From NCBI GenBank assembly GCA_041665365.1, contig JBAYIY010000001.1, positions 104,720-168,719 on the forward strand: a stretch of 64,000 nucleotides of DNA, given 5' to 3'. The notes under the pieces are model-generated. The model had not been told where the DNA came from. It made no database searches and was given only the letters and a program-made list of their open reading frames with translations. A program made the position numbers and the translations under genes. This DNA comes from Patescibacteria group bacterium (lineage in GTDB: Bacteria; Patescibacteriota; Patescibacteriia; UBA9570). Shown here piece after piece: positions 29,684 to 38,897 of this stretch. The stretch's first letter is position 1, and each line of letters opens with the position of its first letter.

Positions 29684-30244
29684 CTACTCGCAGCCCTCAT
29701 CGACTACGAAGTCGCAATCGTTGTCCTGCCCGTCGCAGAGCTCGGGCGCTCCGGGGTAGACACTGTCGTCCCCTTCACTACAGTCGGCATCTTCGACCAT
29801 CAGCGCCCACCCATCGGGCTGAGTGCAGTCGACAACTCCATTGAACGGGTTGATGTACCCGTCCTCATCCTCATCCTCGTACCAGGTAGACGGGCCAGCA
29901 ACATCTGAGTCGGCGTCGTCACAGTCAGTGGAGGCCGCCACCCCGTCGCCATCGGAGTCGGGCCAAGTACCCTCGTCGATGTCTCCATCGCAGTCGTTGT
30001 CGAGACCGTCACACAACTCCGGGGCTCCGTTGTAAACCGTCGCATCGCCGTCGTCGCAGTCGGTCGCATCGGCCAGGTACCCATCGGGCTGAGTACACGA
30101 CATGATGGGACTATCCTCCTGACCATGACCGTCCCCGTCATCGTCAGAGTGCCAAATCTCAGCTAACTCTGACGTCACGCCTTCAATGCAAACATCGTTG
30201 AGGTTGCAGCCGGAAAGCAGAAACAAAGAAATAGAGATAAACAT
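29684..30244 (-). CDS. Lipoprotein with MopE-like (putative metal-binding) Cys/Asp repeats, high GC
   Basis: LSGC lipobox; DCDD...PGAPELCDGxDNDCDGxxDEG repeats. Confidence 0.8.
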   Translation of the reverse strand: MFISISLFLLSGCNLNDVCIEGVTSELAEIWHSDDDGDGHGQEDSPIMSCTQPDGYLADATDCDDGDATVYNGAPELCDGLDNDCDGDIDEGTWPDSDGDGVAASTDCDDADSDVAGPSTWYEDEDEDGYINPFNGVVDCTQPDGWALMVEDADCSEGDDSVYPGAPELCDGQDNDCDFVVDEGCE

Positions 30245-30347
30245 GAATACCTCACATGTTGGTGGCCTGGGGTTTGGCTGTGGTTGAAAGTAAAACCCCG
30301 CGCTTGCCATTACCACTTGGTACTGAACAGTGCGGGACTTACTTTCG

Positions 30348-30422
30348 CCTCATCCACCAAACTATGCGGCTAAACCGAGCTTAGCCACATAGCCTGTGTT
30401 AGCTGATGTTGGGCTGATTTTA
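30348..30422 (-). other. Integron attC-like site
   Basis: GCCCAAC (RYYYAAC) just after the stop codon, inner dyad GCTATGTGGCTAA/TTAGCCGCATAGT; complementary GTTGGGC at the cassette start (31043-31049). Confidence 0.7.
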
Positions 30423-31001
30423 TTAGAATTTCAATGTTGAGATAATCTCTTTTAGGGCTTCATTATCTCTCTCAGTCCAATAAACTCTAAAAGCGACGAT
30501 CTGATTATTGTGTTTTGTGTAGTATCCTGTCACGTCGAACATATCGCTAACTGTGATTTTGACAAAATCATTGTCGCCGATTTTTACATTCTCATATTTA
30601 ATGCCGGTTTGTGCTGACATTTCTGCCAAGGTTGTTCCCGGCAAGTCGTAATCACTAATGATTTGTTGATCCACGGTGTTATTTGACGTTGTGGCTTTTA
30701 CTTGTACTTCTGGTATCTGACATGTGTCGCAAGCTTCAGGCGGATTTATATGTCTTTGATAACCTTCTTCTGTCCAAAGTCCTTTATCATCTGCTGTATA
30801 TCCTTTTTGATATGTGAATGAAAATCCGCTACCCTCAAATGTTTTGTCAGTTTCAACTGCTGGAACTGGCGTTTTGTCTTTTGTCTCTTGTGTAATTTGT
30901 GGGGTTTCCACTTCTTTGTTTTGTTGCCAGAAGTAAAAGCCACCCCCGACAACGATTGCCGTAATTATGACGGCGACAATGATTTTCCATGTTTGATTCA
31001 T
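30423..31001 (-). CDS. Membrane-anchored hypothetical protein (gene cassette)
   Basis: N-terminal TM IVVGGGFYFWQ, GFSFTY, EIISTLKF (PsbP-like CPR surface protein). Confidence 0.7.
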   Translation of the reverse strand: MNQTWKIIVAVIITAIVVGGGFYFWQQNKEVETPQITQETKDKTPVPAVETDKTFEGSGFSFTYQKGYTADDKGLWTEEGYQRHINPPEACDTCQIPEVQVKATTSNNTVDQQIISDYDLPGTTLAEMSAQTGIKYENVKIGDNDFVKITVSDMFDVTGYYTKHNNQIVAFRVYWTERDNEALKEIISTLKF

Positions 31002-31081
31002 AAGAATTATTTAAATTATATATTAAGTCGCTTTTAAAATCAGCCCAACCTCATCCACCAAACATTCTGTGATGTGTACGC

Positions 31082-32476
31082 TTACTCTATCTGTAACGAT
31101 TCAATGATGGGTGCAATGTCACTATCATGCCCTTTTAATACAATATGATAACCGGCGGGCGCATTCGGGATGTAGTAGCTCCAGAATTCAAACTCACCGG
31201 TTACTTTCAACGCATCATGCCCATCTACTGTTGACCTGGTTACATCAATACGTGTGTGATCCGCTTCTGGATAGAGTGTGTTTTCTAGCTCTTCATCTGA
31301 TTGGGCAAAGTCAATACAATTAAAACAGAAATTAGCGCCAGTATCTCGATCACCCGTTTTTTCAAAATCTATGGTTTGGTACCAAAATAGAAATGTCCCT
31401 TCTTCTGCACCGTTTAGAGATGTATCTTCTCCGCCTTCAAACGTAATCGCGTAATATTCTCCTATCTTGGCTTCATCTCCAATTGCTGAAGGTTCAATGA
31501 TCGGCGCTCCCCAGGCGGGATCATAACAAAAGGATAACGCGACATCCGCTAGCGCGTAGCGTTCCCAGCCATCCGTGGCACAGGCAGTCTCAGCTGTATC
31601 TGCAGTAGCCACATTCAATTTCAAACTTGGTTCAACAACTTTTTTCACTTCGTCACAGCCAATCGGTAGCCCTGATCCATCGTCAAATCCACTGCCACAG
31701 GAATCTTCAAACAGCAGCCAGTCTGTATTGAGCATTGTAGGATATAAACTTCCTCCGGTAGCACATATATCCCAGTCATTTTTGAACTGATCTAGAGATG
31801 TATAACCTGCCGTATTAGGGATGAGTGTTACTTTAAAAGTATCTGCTGTTTGACTGGCCCCAGTATATTTAAAGTCATATGTTGTCATGACCGTGCCATT
31901 AAACATGGTAACCAATTGATCAAAATAGCCACTTTCATGTTGTGAACCACACTCAGTTGCGTTGCTCTGTAGTTGATCAGCAGTGTAATCAAATGGTGCT
32001 GTCGTTTTTGAAACCGCTACGGAAACGCCGCTGGTTGAATAAGACAGTGGCTCTGATTGTCCTATAGCCACTTTAAATTCTTGCAATAAGTTAGCAATGG
32101 TTACGGTGGCTTCATGATAGGTCGGAGCTGCATCGGCATCACCTCTCATTAAGGCAGTAGTTAAACGTTGAGAAATGTTCACGATGTCAATGGACGCATC
32201 ATCGTGGGTGGCAATGAAGGTTTGCAGATGGGTACTGACGCTAGACATAGCCGTCATAAACTCACTATAACTTGGAGCTGCATCGGCATCACCGCGTTGC
32301 ATGGCTGTCGACCATTCGGTGTCAATGTCGGTTAATTCAGGAGAAGTTGTGTCAGAAACTGTTGTAACTACGTTTGTATTTTTGACTGGATCCACCGGTG
32401 TTGGCGTGGTACAACTGGCTCCAATGAGAGTTATTAATCCGACTAAGCTCGTGATAAGATAGGTAGTGCTTTTCAT
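31082..32476 (-). CDS. Lipoprotein, hypothetical
   Basis: LIGASC lipobox; internal repeat RGDADAAP(S/T)Y twice. Confidence 0.72.
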   Translation of the reverse strand: MKSTTYLITSLVGLITLIGASCTTPTPVDPVKNTNVVTTVSDTTSPELTDIDTEWSTAMQRGDADAAPSYSEFMTAMSSVSTHLQTFIATHDDASIDIVNISQRLTTALMRGDADAAPTYHEATVTIANLLQEFKVAIGQSEPLSYSTSGVSVAVSKTTAPFDYTADQLQSNATECGSQHESGYFDQLVTMFNGTVMTTYDFKYTGASQTADTFKVTLIPNTAGYTSLDQFKNDWDICATGGSLYPTMLNTDWLLFEDSCGSGFDDGSGLPIGCDEVKKVVEPSLKLNVATADTAETACATDGWERYALADVALSFCYDPAWGAPIIEPSAIGDEAKIGEYYAITFEGGEDTSLNGAEEGTFLFWYQTIDFEKTGDRDTGANFCFNCIDFAQSDEELENTLYPEADHTRIDVTRSTVDGHDALKVTGEFEFWSYYIPNAPAGYHIVLKGHDSDIAPIIESLQIE

Positions 32477-32497
32477 AGATTGTATTGGTTAAATTGT

Positions 32498-32821
32498 TTA
32501 TTTAAGAGCTTGTTGAATAGTTTTAATGACTGCTTGCACGAATGGATTATTATGTTCAAGTTTGGGAAAAACTTTTTTTCCATTTCGCTCCTTTTGCAAT
32601 ATATTAGCGTGTACTAAAATTTTGATGTGTTGCGAGGCTAACGGTACGGAAATGTTGAGAATTCTGGCGATATCACCAACCGTCAGTTTGGGCTGTTTGG
32701 CAAGCACCATGAAAATGCGGTAACGATTCACGTCGCTGAGCACCTTAAATACCCCTGCCATGGTTATATCGGTTTCACTGAATGTTTGACGATTTTTACG
32801 CACTTCTTTTTCACTGAGCAT
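32498..32821 (-). CDS. ArsR/SmtB family transcriptional regulator
   Basis: FKVLSDVNRYRI, VGDIA, ASQHIKIL. Confidence 0.88.
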   Translation of the reverse strand: MLSEKEVRKNRQTFSETDITMAGVFKVLSDVNRYRIFMVLAKQPKLTVGDIARILNISVPLASQHIKILVHANILQKERNGKKVFPKLEHNNPFVQAVIKTIQQALK

Positions 32822-32829
32822 TAAAATAT

Positions 32830-32857
32830 AGTTTAATACTTAAACAAGTGTTAAACT
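32830..32857. promoter_or_regulatory. Putative ArsR operator
   Basis: AGTTTAATACT-n6-AGTGTTAAACT dyad immediately upstream of arsR. Confidence 0.6.
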
Positions 32858-32908
32858 TATACCACGCCATAATTTATCTGTCTAGAGCAAGAGTTCTTTC
32901 TGATATCG

Positions 32909-33142
32909 AGCTGGCTTGCCAGCCGGAGTAACGAACCTTGTGAGTTACGTAGGCTGGACGTACTGGTCTAGAACCTAGACCACCGAGGGTTTACTTGGGT
33001 TAAATTCGGAGTTACCAACAGGGTTGTTGGGTCACCTAAATGAGACAAACGAGACAGTATAAAAAGGATATCATACTGTCTCGATTGCGACTAGAAAAAA
33101 GCCTAGACTTGTGAGGGGTATTGTTGCGTAATATGCTGTAAA
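32909..33142. repeat. About 230-bp element-end module, copy A
   Basis: Homologous to 36028-36260; contains the 49-bp palindromic insert, TGGTCTAG-aac-CTAGACCA, AGTTACCAACA and the GAGACA dyad. Confidence 0.9.
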
Positions 33143-33913
33143 CTATACAGGGCGTAATGTACCGGCAAACACCTGCCAGGCCAGTAAAGATTTCGCCACC
33201 AGACTTAGGATAATATACACTTTTTCGCCATAGGTATACTCTTTCCATTTCCCGATTTTCTTATATTGCAATAACATATTCACTGCAAATGAATTGAAGA
33301 AGAGAAACATCGAGAAAAAAATCCAATACACAAAGGTGGGTGCATGATGATCCGCATCACCGGAAAAGGCTAAATAGCACGCAATCACAATCCAAGGGAT
33401 AGCTCCTGCAATGCAGCCAAAGATATAGGCTGTCCAATCAGTTTTTTTGGTAGATTGATTATGCAATTCCATCATCCAGCCAAACAAAATCATCATGGCA
33501 TTTAAGCCAAACATCAGCAGCAAACTAAATACATCATAGATACCAACCAACATACCAATCACTACAATCATCAGCGACGAGCTCAGTGAATATTCAACCC
33601 AACGAGCATAGTTCGCGCCCTTTTTTAAATGGTTCACATACCATTCATAGATACCGGGTAACGACACCATTAAATGTGCTAGGGCCGACAAGGCAAAAAA
33701 ACCTGCCACCAGGGGCCCTACCGATACAGTAGTTAACTCTTGCAAATTTTGTTGCAGCGTGAAGTTTTGAGTATTGAAACTTAAAAATGCAGTCGTTAGT
33801 GGTACTGCAAACGAATTGCTCAATACCAGTACAGCGACAGCTTGCACGGCATGCAAACAAAACATGACGATATTCCAGCGTCGCAAATTAAGAAATGTAT
33901 TTGGGTTCGGCAT
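33143..33913 (-). CDS. heR: Heliorhodopsin
   Basis: LH..Q in TM1, LSALAH, RWVEYSLSS, GEKVYIILSLVAKSLLAW with retinal-binding Lys. Confidence 0.93.
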   Translation of the reverse strand: MPNPNTFLNLRRWNIVMFCLHAVQAVAVLVLSNSFAVPLTTAFLSFNTQNFTLQQNLQELTTVSVGPLVAGFFALSALAHLMVSLPGIYEWYVNHLKKGANYARWVEYSLSSSLMIVVIGMLVGIYDVFSLLLMFGLNAMMILFGWMMELHNQSTKKTDWTAYIFGCIAGAIPWIVIACYLAFSGDADHHAPTFVYWIFFSMFLFFNSFAVNMLLQYKKIGKWKEYTYGEKVYIILSLVAKSLLAWQVFAGTLRPV

Positions 33914-33938
33914 AGTCCTCCGTATGCTTAATGATAAA

Positions 33939-34952
33939 TTAATTATTTACGGCTTGTACGATAATATAGAGCACCAATGCAGTAGTAATAGTAGCAGAGA
34001 CCATCATGCCAATAAATAATTGCCGTTTAATTGGTTTGGCCGAAAAACCTGAAAACTGACTCAAGTCATCAAGCTCTTTTACGTTAGCTACTAATTCATC
34101 TTTGGTTAAAATAGTACTTTTGCTGACATAACTATCGGTCACAAAGTGTTGAGCATAGGGAAAACACACCACTTGAATTGGTTGTGGTTCAAATAAACCT
34201 GGATACCAGCTATTGGTTTCAACTGTGACGTGTTCAAGCGGAATGCGTAGCGCCTGTTCAACTTCTAATGGATCAAACTGCAGCGAAAATACATTCGATT
34301 TACCATCCGATACGTTTGTACCATAATCGATCGATAAATTGCCTTCCAACCATAGTCGTTGATCGAGCGGCCACATGGTTCCAGCGGTACTATCTGCTTC
34401 TACGACGAGTTTACGAGAAGCATCGTCACGTTCCATATGTACGAGCACCTTGCCATGATGCGTAGTGGTCATCACTGAATTTGTGCTATTGGCATTCACT
34501 AAACCATGTTTGGGATCATAACTATTGGTATTGGTATCGTAATCTACAATCACCCAACTGAGTAACCCGGTGTGTTTATTTTCTGCAATCACATACATTT
34601 CAATTCTACTTCCCCAGAAGGCACTGGTATGGGCGGTCACGCAACCAAAAATAATATAGTACTCTGGTTCATCGTCAGCAAATATTTTGGTTTTGATCAT
34701 TTCATAATCTGCCGAGATTAAACTTTGTGCTAAGGCAACATTTTTAAGTTTATAACACAAAAACAGACTATACGGCTCCACCACAAAACCCATGTGCGGG
34801 ATGGTCTTGGCAGTACTGGTCATCAACTTCTTTTGAATTGGCTTGGGAATAAGCTTGGTAAAGGAATTTAAAAAGCTAATTGCCACCACGTCGGTTGGTT
34901 TCACTAAACGTTCTACACCTTTAATAAATTGAGTTGTGTCGATTTCCTCCAT
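33939..34952 (-). CDS. Hypothetical protein upstream of heR (possible acetoacetate-decarboxylase-like fold, C-terminal TM)
   Basis: MGFVVEPY, HTSAFWGSRIEMY, WLEGNLS; 25 bp from heR; fold is an inference. Confidence 0.6.
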   Translation of the reverse strand: MEEIDTTQFIKGVERLVKPTDVVAISFLNSFTKLIPKPIQKKLMTSTAKTIPHMGFVVEPYSLFLCYKLKNVALAQSLISADYEMIKTKIFADDEPEYYIIFGCVTAHTSAFWGSRIEMYVIAENKHTGLLSWVIVDYDTNTNSYDPKHGLVNANSTNSVMTTTHHGKVLVHMERDDASRKLVVEADSTAGTMWPLDQRLWLEGNLSIDYGTNVSDGKSNVFSLQFDPLEVEQALRIPLEHVTVETNSWYPGLFEPQPIQVVCFPYAQHFVTDSYVSKSTILTKDELVANVKELDDLSQFSGFSAKPIKRQLFIGMMVSATITTALVLYIIVQAVNN

Positions 34953-34982
34953 GATTGATGAGTAGTATAGCACATATCAATG

Positions 34983-35073
34983 ACGAGGACTTTTGAGAGG
35001 GTGAGGTTAGCTGGCTTGCCAGCCGGAGTAACGAACCTTGTGAGTTACGTAGGCTGGGGCGGTAGGGTTCGAA
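34983..35073. repeat. att-like module: terminator half, 49-bp palindromic insert and 21-bp tRNA-Gln 3' fragment
   Basis: gctggggcggtagggttcgaa at 35053-35073 is identical to 57466-57486. Confidence 0.9.
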
Positions 35074-35141
35074 AATCACCTTTGATTTCGAAGCTCATCC
35101 TAAATTATCAATAAATACCAGTGTCGCAGGTTAGTCGAGCA

Positions 35142-35681
35142 TCACAATGACGGTGTAGAAATGACGGCTTTGATCTGTGTGGAGTTGGCATGCCACCAGG
35201 CTCGGATCTCATCGGCTTTGCCGACCCCGCTAAACTGATTGACGGAAAATGCATTGCCTGCAAGCGCTGCTTGTTCGAGCTGTCTGCGCAGTTCTCCACC
35301 CACTCTGGAAGCTGCGTAGGAAGATATAGTTGTATTCAAGGCATCGTTTGACATCTCTCCCGTGAACATAATCGTACCGGTTGTCATCGTTGCGGAGTCC
35401 GTTGCCCCCATTGCGTTGAGTGACACGATGTCTGGGCTCCCATCGGCGGCGAGAAGGTCATGCAATTCAGATGCCTTCTCGGGTACGACCAAGCGGACAA
35501 GTACTTCTACCTGATCAGTGCCCTGACTCGCCAACATCGCGTCGAGATTCTGCTCGTACGCCGTCGCACCAAACGGTGGTTCTCCATTGCTTGCCGGCTG
35601 TGACGGAAGCCCAATTTTACAGCCAGTCGTGAGGCCGAGAAGGATGACGACGGTGGCGTACGCATATGTTCGCATAGGCAT
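35142..35681 (-). CDS. Hypothetical lipoprotein, elevated GC
   Basis: TTGC lipobox-like signal; codon usage differs from neighbours. Confidence 0.55.
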   Translation of the reverse strand: MPMRTYAYATVVILLGLTTGCKIGLPSQPASNGEPPFGATAYEQNLDAMLASQGTDQVEVLVRLVVPEKASELHDLLAADGSPDIVSLNAMGATDSATMTTGTIMFTGEMSNDALNTTISSYAASRVGGELRRQLEQAALAGNAFSVNQFSGVGKADEIRAWWHANSTQIKAVISTPSL

Positions 35682-35771
35682 ATTTTAGGCCTGGAAAGCC
35701 AGTGCTGTCAACAGCCCGCGGAGACGGGCTATACAACCTGACAGGTCCAGAACCTAGACCACCAAGGCTTT

Positions 35772-35996
35772 ATCGGTCAGCTTATTCCGGGTCTCTTGGC
35801 CAAGCATGCGCTTCTCGATCCATTTGTCTGATCTGCCTAGTTCCTGCCAATTTTCTCGAGCTCGATTAAGACCCAACTCTGGATCAACAGTTTCTTGTAA
35901 GCGCTCATAACCAACTTTAGCTAGCCATTGTTTAAATGGTTCTGCTTTACTAAAATACCATTTCTCCTCGGCTTCAGCCCAAATACGACGGACTGG
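35772..35996 (-). pseudogene. Bro-N/phage antirepressor fragment
   Basis: Manual translation PVRRIWAEAEEKWYFS|KAEPFKQWLAKVGYERLQETVDPEL...RNKLTD; truncated at both ends with an internal deletion. Confidence 0.8.
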
Positions 35997-36002
35997 GCTA
36001 TA

Positions 36003-36260
36003 TGAGGACTTTTGAGAGGGTGAGGTTAGCTGGCTTGCCAGCCGGAGTAACGAACCTTGTGAGTTACGTAGGCTGGACGTACTGGTCTAGAACCTAGACC
36101 AGTCGGGGTTTATTGGGATTAGATTTCGAGTTACCTACAGGGTTGATGGGTCACCTAAATGAGACAGTTGAGACACTATAAAAAGGATATCACGTTGTCT
36201 CAGTTGCGACTAGAAGAAGCCTGGACTTGTGAGGAGTATAGTGGCGTAATATTCTGCACT
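36003..36260. repeat. Element-end module, copy B
   Basis: Homologous to 32909-33142 and, in part, to 34983-35057 and 57408-57445. Confidence 0.9.
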
Positions 36261-37031
36261 TTATACTGGACGTAATGTACCGGCAAATACTTGCCAAGCC
36301 AAGAGTGATTTAGTCACCAAACTCATGACAATATACACTTTTTCACCATAGGTATAATCTTTCCATTTCCCGACTTTCTTGTATTGCAATACCATATTTA
36401 TCGCAAAACTATTGAAGAAGAGGAACATCGAGAAGAAAATCCAGTAGACAAAGGTTGGGGCTTTAAATTCTCCTTCTCCAGCAAACGCTAAATAGCAGGC
36501 GATGATAATCCACGGAATGGCACCAGCAATGCAACCAAAGATGTATGCTGTCCAGTCCGTTTTTTGTGTGGATTGATTATGTAGCTCCATCATCCAACCA
36601 AACAGAATCATCATGGCATTCAAACTAAACATCAGCACCAGGCTAAAAACGTCATACATGCCGGTCAACATCGCAATGACCACAATCATTAACGACGAAC
36701 TGAAGGTATACTCTACCCAGCGAGCATAGTTAGCCCCTGACTTTAAATTCTTCACATACCATTGATACACACCAGGCAATGAAACTATTAAGTGGGCCAA
36801 AGCTGACAGGGCTAAAAATCCAGCAATTAACGGGGCAATCGGTACTGTGGTCAGTTGCTGTAAATCTTGGCCGAGACTGCGCGTTTGCGGATTAAATTCA
36901 ACAAACAATGTCGTCAACGGTAACGCAAAGCTATTACTGACTACCAGCATGATTGTGGCTTGGATTGAATGCAGGAAGAACATCGCAATGTTCCACCGGC
37001 GTAAGTTACGAAACTTGTTAGTTATTGGCAT
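36261..37031 (-). CDS. heR: Heliorhodopsin (paralogue 2)
   Basis: RWVEYTFSS, MSLVTKSLLAW; AGGAGG Shine-Dalgarno upstream. Confidence 0.93.
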   Translation of the reverse strand: MPITNKFRNLRRWNIAMFFLHSIQATIMLVVSNSFALPLTTLFVEFNPQTRSLGQDLQQLTTVPIAPLIAGFLALSALAHLIVSLPGVYQWYVKNLKSGANYARWVEYTFSSSLMIVVIAMLTGMYDVFSLVLMFSLNAMMILFGWMMELHNQSTQKTDWTAYIFGCIAGAIPWIIIACYLAFAGEGEFKAPTFVYWIFFSMFLFFNSFAINMVLQYKKVGKWKDYTYGEKVYIVMSLVTKSLLAWQVFAGTLRPV

Positions 37032-37076
37032 AATCGTCCTCCTAAGTAGTGTATAAAATACTAGGCTTAGGATTAA

Positions 37077-37127
37077 GATATCATATTGTCTCGATTGCGA
37101 CTAGAAAAAACCTAGACTTGTGACGGC
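37077..37127. repeat. Half-site of the GAGACA/TGTCTC dyad repeat (copy 4)
   Basis: gatatcatattgtctcgattgcgactagaaaaaacctagacttgtga. Confidence 0.85.
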
Positions 37128-37145
37128 ATGGCGGCGTAATACGAA

Positions 37146-38117
37146 CTAGCTTTTTTGAGTATGGTGATTAGCCTTTACGCTCTGATGGGCGTCCTGTAGT
37201 AAGGATTTTAGGGTAGAGGCAAAGGTTGGATGACCTAATAACTGTGGTAACTGTATGCTGCGAATCTCATCTGGCAAAGACAAGTTGGCAAATACTGACA
37301 CCTGACTCATTTTTAATTCTTCTACCGGAACAATATCAAGTAAAGAACCCTGCCTTTGCTCAAAGCGTTCTACTAGCTTAGTTAATTCCTGCTTAAACTC
37401 TTCGGGATATTGTTTAACATAACGTTTGTTCGTGAACCCTACTCTGCTAGCCAATTGAATGATATCTTGCGGTTGTATATTCTCACCTAAAAATCTACGA
37501 ATGAGAAGTACCTCGTTGGAAGTACCCTCTAGCATTGATAAATTATTTTGCGCAAAATCAATCCTTTTTTTATGAATAATAGCAACCATTAAGGCTTGCT
37601 GAGCGTAGGATCGGAAAGTCCCTTTATCATGATGATTTAATAATCTCAAAATTTCTTCAGCGGCCAAATCAAAATTACCAACCAGCAACTGACGCTCAAG
37701 ACCATAGTAGTATAAAAAGACATAACTTAGATTAGTTTCTTGAGTGACATCCCGCAACCAATTAATATATTGATACCGTTGTTCAGGCGTAAGTCCAGTA
37801 TATGATGGATAGTAAAGCTTATCCTGTTCAAGCTCATCATTTTGCTCCACTGGTAATTGCGTCCAAATTAAACTGGGTTCAGCAAAAAAATTATGTCGAT
37901 CTGGTATGTTAGTCCTTATACCGTCTGGACCCAGACTAATAGTGATATTGATGGTAGTGGCGGATTGAATTTTAGATGGGGGTTCATCTGTAAACCAAAG
38001 TAAGGACAGCGTAGGTTGAGGTATATGAAAAGAATTACGCAGTATAGACGGTATACTTGGCACTAGCGCTTGGTGCCTTGGAATTAAAGGTGAAAAAAGC
38101 TTTTTGAAAATGTTCAT
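37146..38117 (-). CDS. TerB N-terminal domain protein
   Basis: YYPSYTGLTPEQRYQYINWL and YVFLYYYGLERQL signature. Confidence 0.8.
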   Translation of the reverse strand: MNIFKKLFSPLIPRHQALVPSIPSILRNSFHIPQPTLSLLWFTDEPPSKIQSATTINITISLGPDGIRTNIPDRHNFFAEPSLIWTQLPVEQNDELEQDKLYYPSYTGLTPEQRYQYINWLRDVTQETNLSYVFLYYYGLERQLLVGNFDLAAEEILRLLNHHDKGTFRSYAQQALMVAIIHKKRIDFAQNNLSMLEGTSNEVLLIRRFLGENIQPQDIIQLASRVGFTNKRYVKQYPEEFKQELTKLVERFEQRQGSLLDIVPVEELKMSQVSVFANLSLPDEIRSIQLPQLLGHPTFASTLKSLLQDAHQSVKANHHTQKS

Positions 38118-38866
38118 TTTATAGATTCAAAATATTTTCTTGCTGCGCTTGTAAAATACAGGTAATCTTTTACTGCATTATAAACATTTTTCTGCTCTTC
38201 TTTGGAACAAGCAAATAAATGATTATTTTTAGACCAAAACCCTTGTTTAAACATTATGGATTTCTTTTTTACTTTCCCAAAATATAGATTCTTCCAAACT
38301 AAATTGCCTCTCTCAATATGATGCTTGCTACTCTTATCTTTTAGAATACCTTCCAAATAACCATTCGTGAAATAATTAGCACTATTATTGGCTGTGTTTT
38401 CTTCTAACTTCTTCCAGCCGATTTTTTTGATAAAATGATTGATACGTTGAGTATCACTACAGCTAAAAAATCTCAACTGCCAAACAAGTTCATCTAAAAC
38501 TAGTAACCAAGATCGTTTAGCATAAAATGGGAAATCAGGATAGCGAACAAAGTTATAAACACTTAAGTTCTTTACCAAATCAAGGCACTCTTTGTAGATG
38601 TTAAAAGATGGAATATTAGATTTACATAAATTATACAAATACTCTAGTTCATGCCATTGATTACCAGTTGCATTTCTGGGAACTTTTACGCCGTTGTATA
38701 AAAGTATCGATTTCAAATATTTCTCAATACTTTGATGAGCTAAAGTAAGGAACTGATCCAAGCACTGGTTGCGGAACAGTGTACGTGCAGCAATGTAGTC
38801 TCTATCAGCATAGGATCTAAAATCACTAGCTATCGCATTTCTATGGATAATACTTTCGTCGATCAT
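38114..38866 (-). CDS. HEPN domain protein
   Basis: ADRDYIAAR, AHQSIEKYLKS, HEL, RYPD. Confidence 0.78.
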   Translation of the reverse strand: MIDESIIHRNAIASDFRSYADRDYIAARTLFRNQCLDQFLTLAHQSIEKYLKSILLYNGVKVPRNATGNQWHELEYLYNLCKSNIPSFNIYKECLDLVKNLSVYNFVRYPDFPFYAKRSWLLVLDELVWQLRFFSCSDTQRINHFIKKIGWKKLEENTANNSANYFTNGYLEGILKDKSSKHHIERGNLVWKNLYFGKVKKKSIMFKQGFWSKNNHLFACSKEEQKNVYNAVKDYLYFTSAARKYFESIK

Positions 38867-38897
38867 AATAAGTATTATAATCCTAGGTACATTTTAA

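Noticed and set aside
35053-35073. Second tRNA-Gln gene
   Set aside because: Only the last 21 nt are present, so it is interpreted as an att duplication.
33143-37031. heR pair as template and variable repeats of a diversity-generating retroelement
   Set aside because: There is no reverse transcriptase in the window, and the differences are not adenine-specific.
32909-37127. Repeats as a CRISPR or guide-RNA array
   Set aside because: Spacing is irregular and kilobase-scale with genes in between; no cas or other RNA-guided effector gene is visible.
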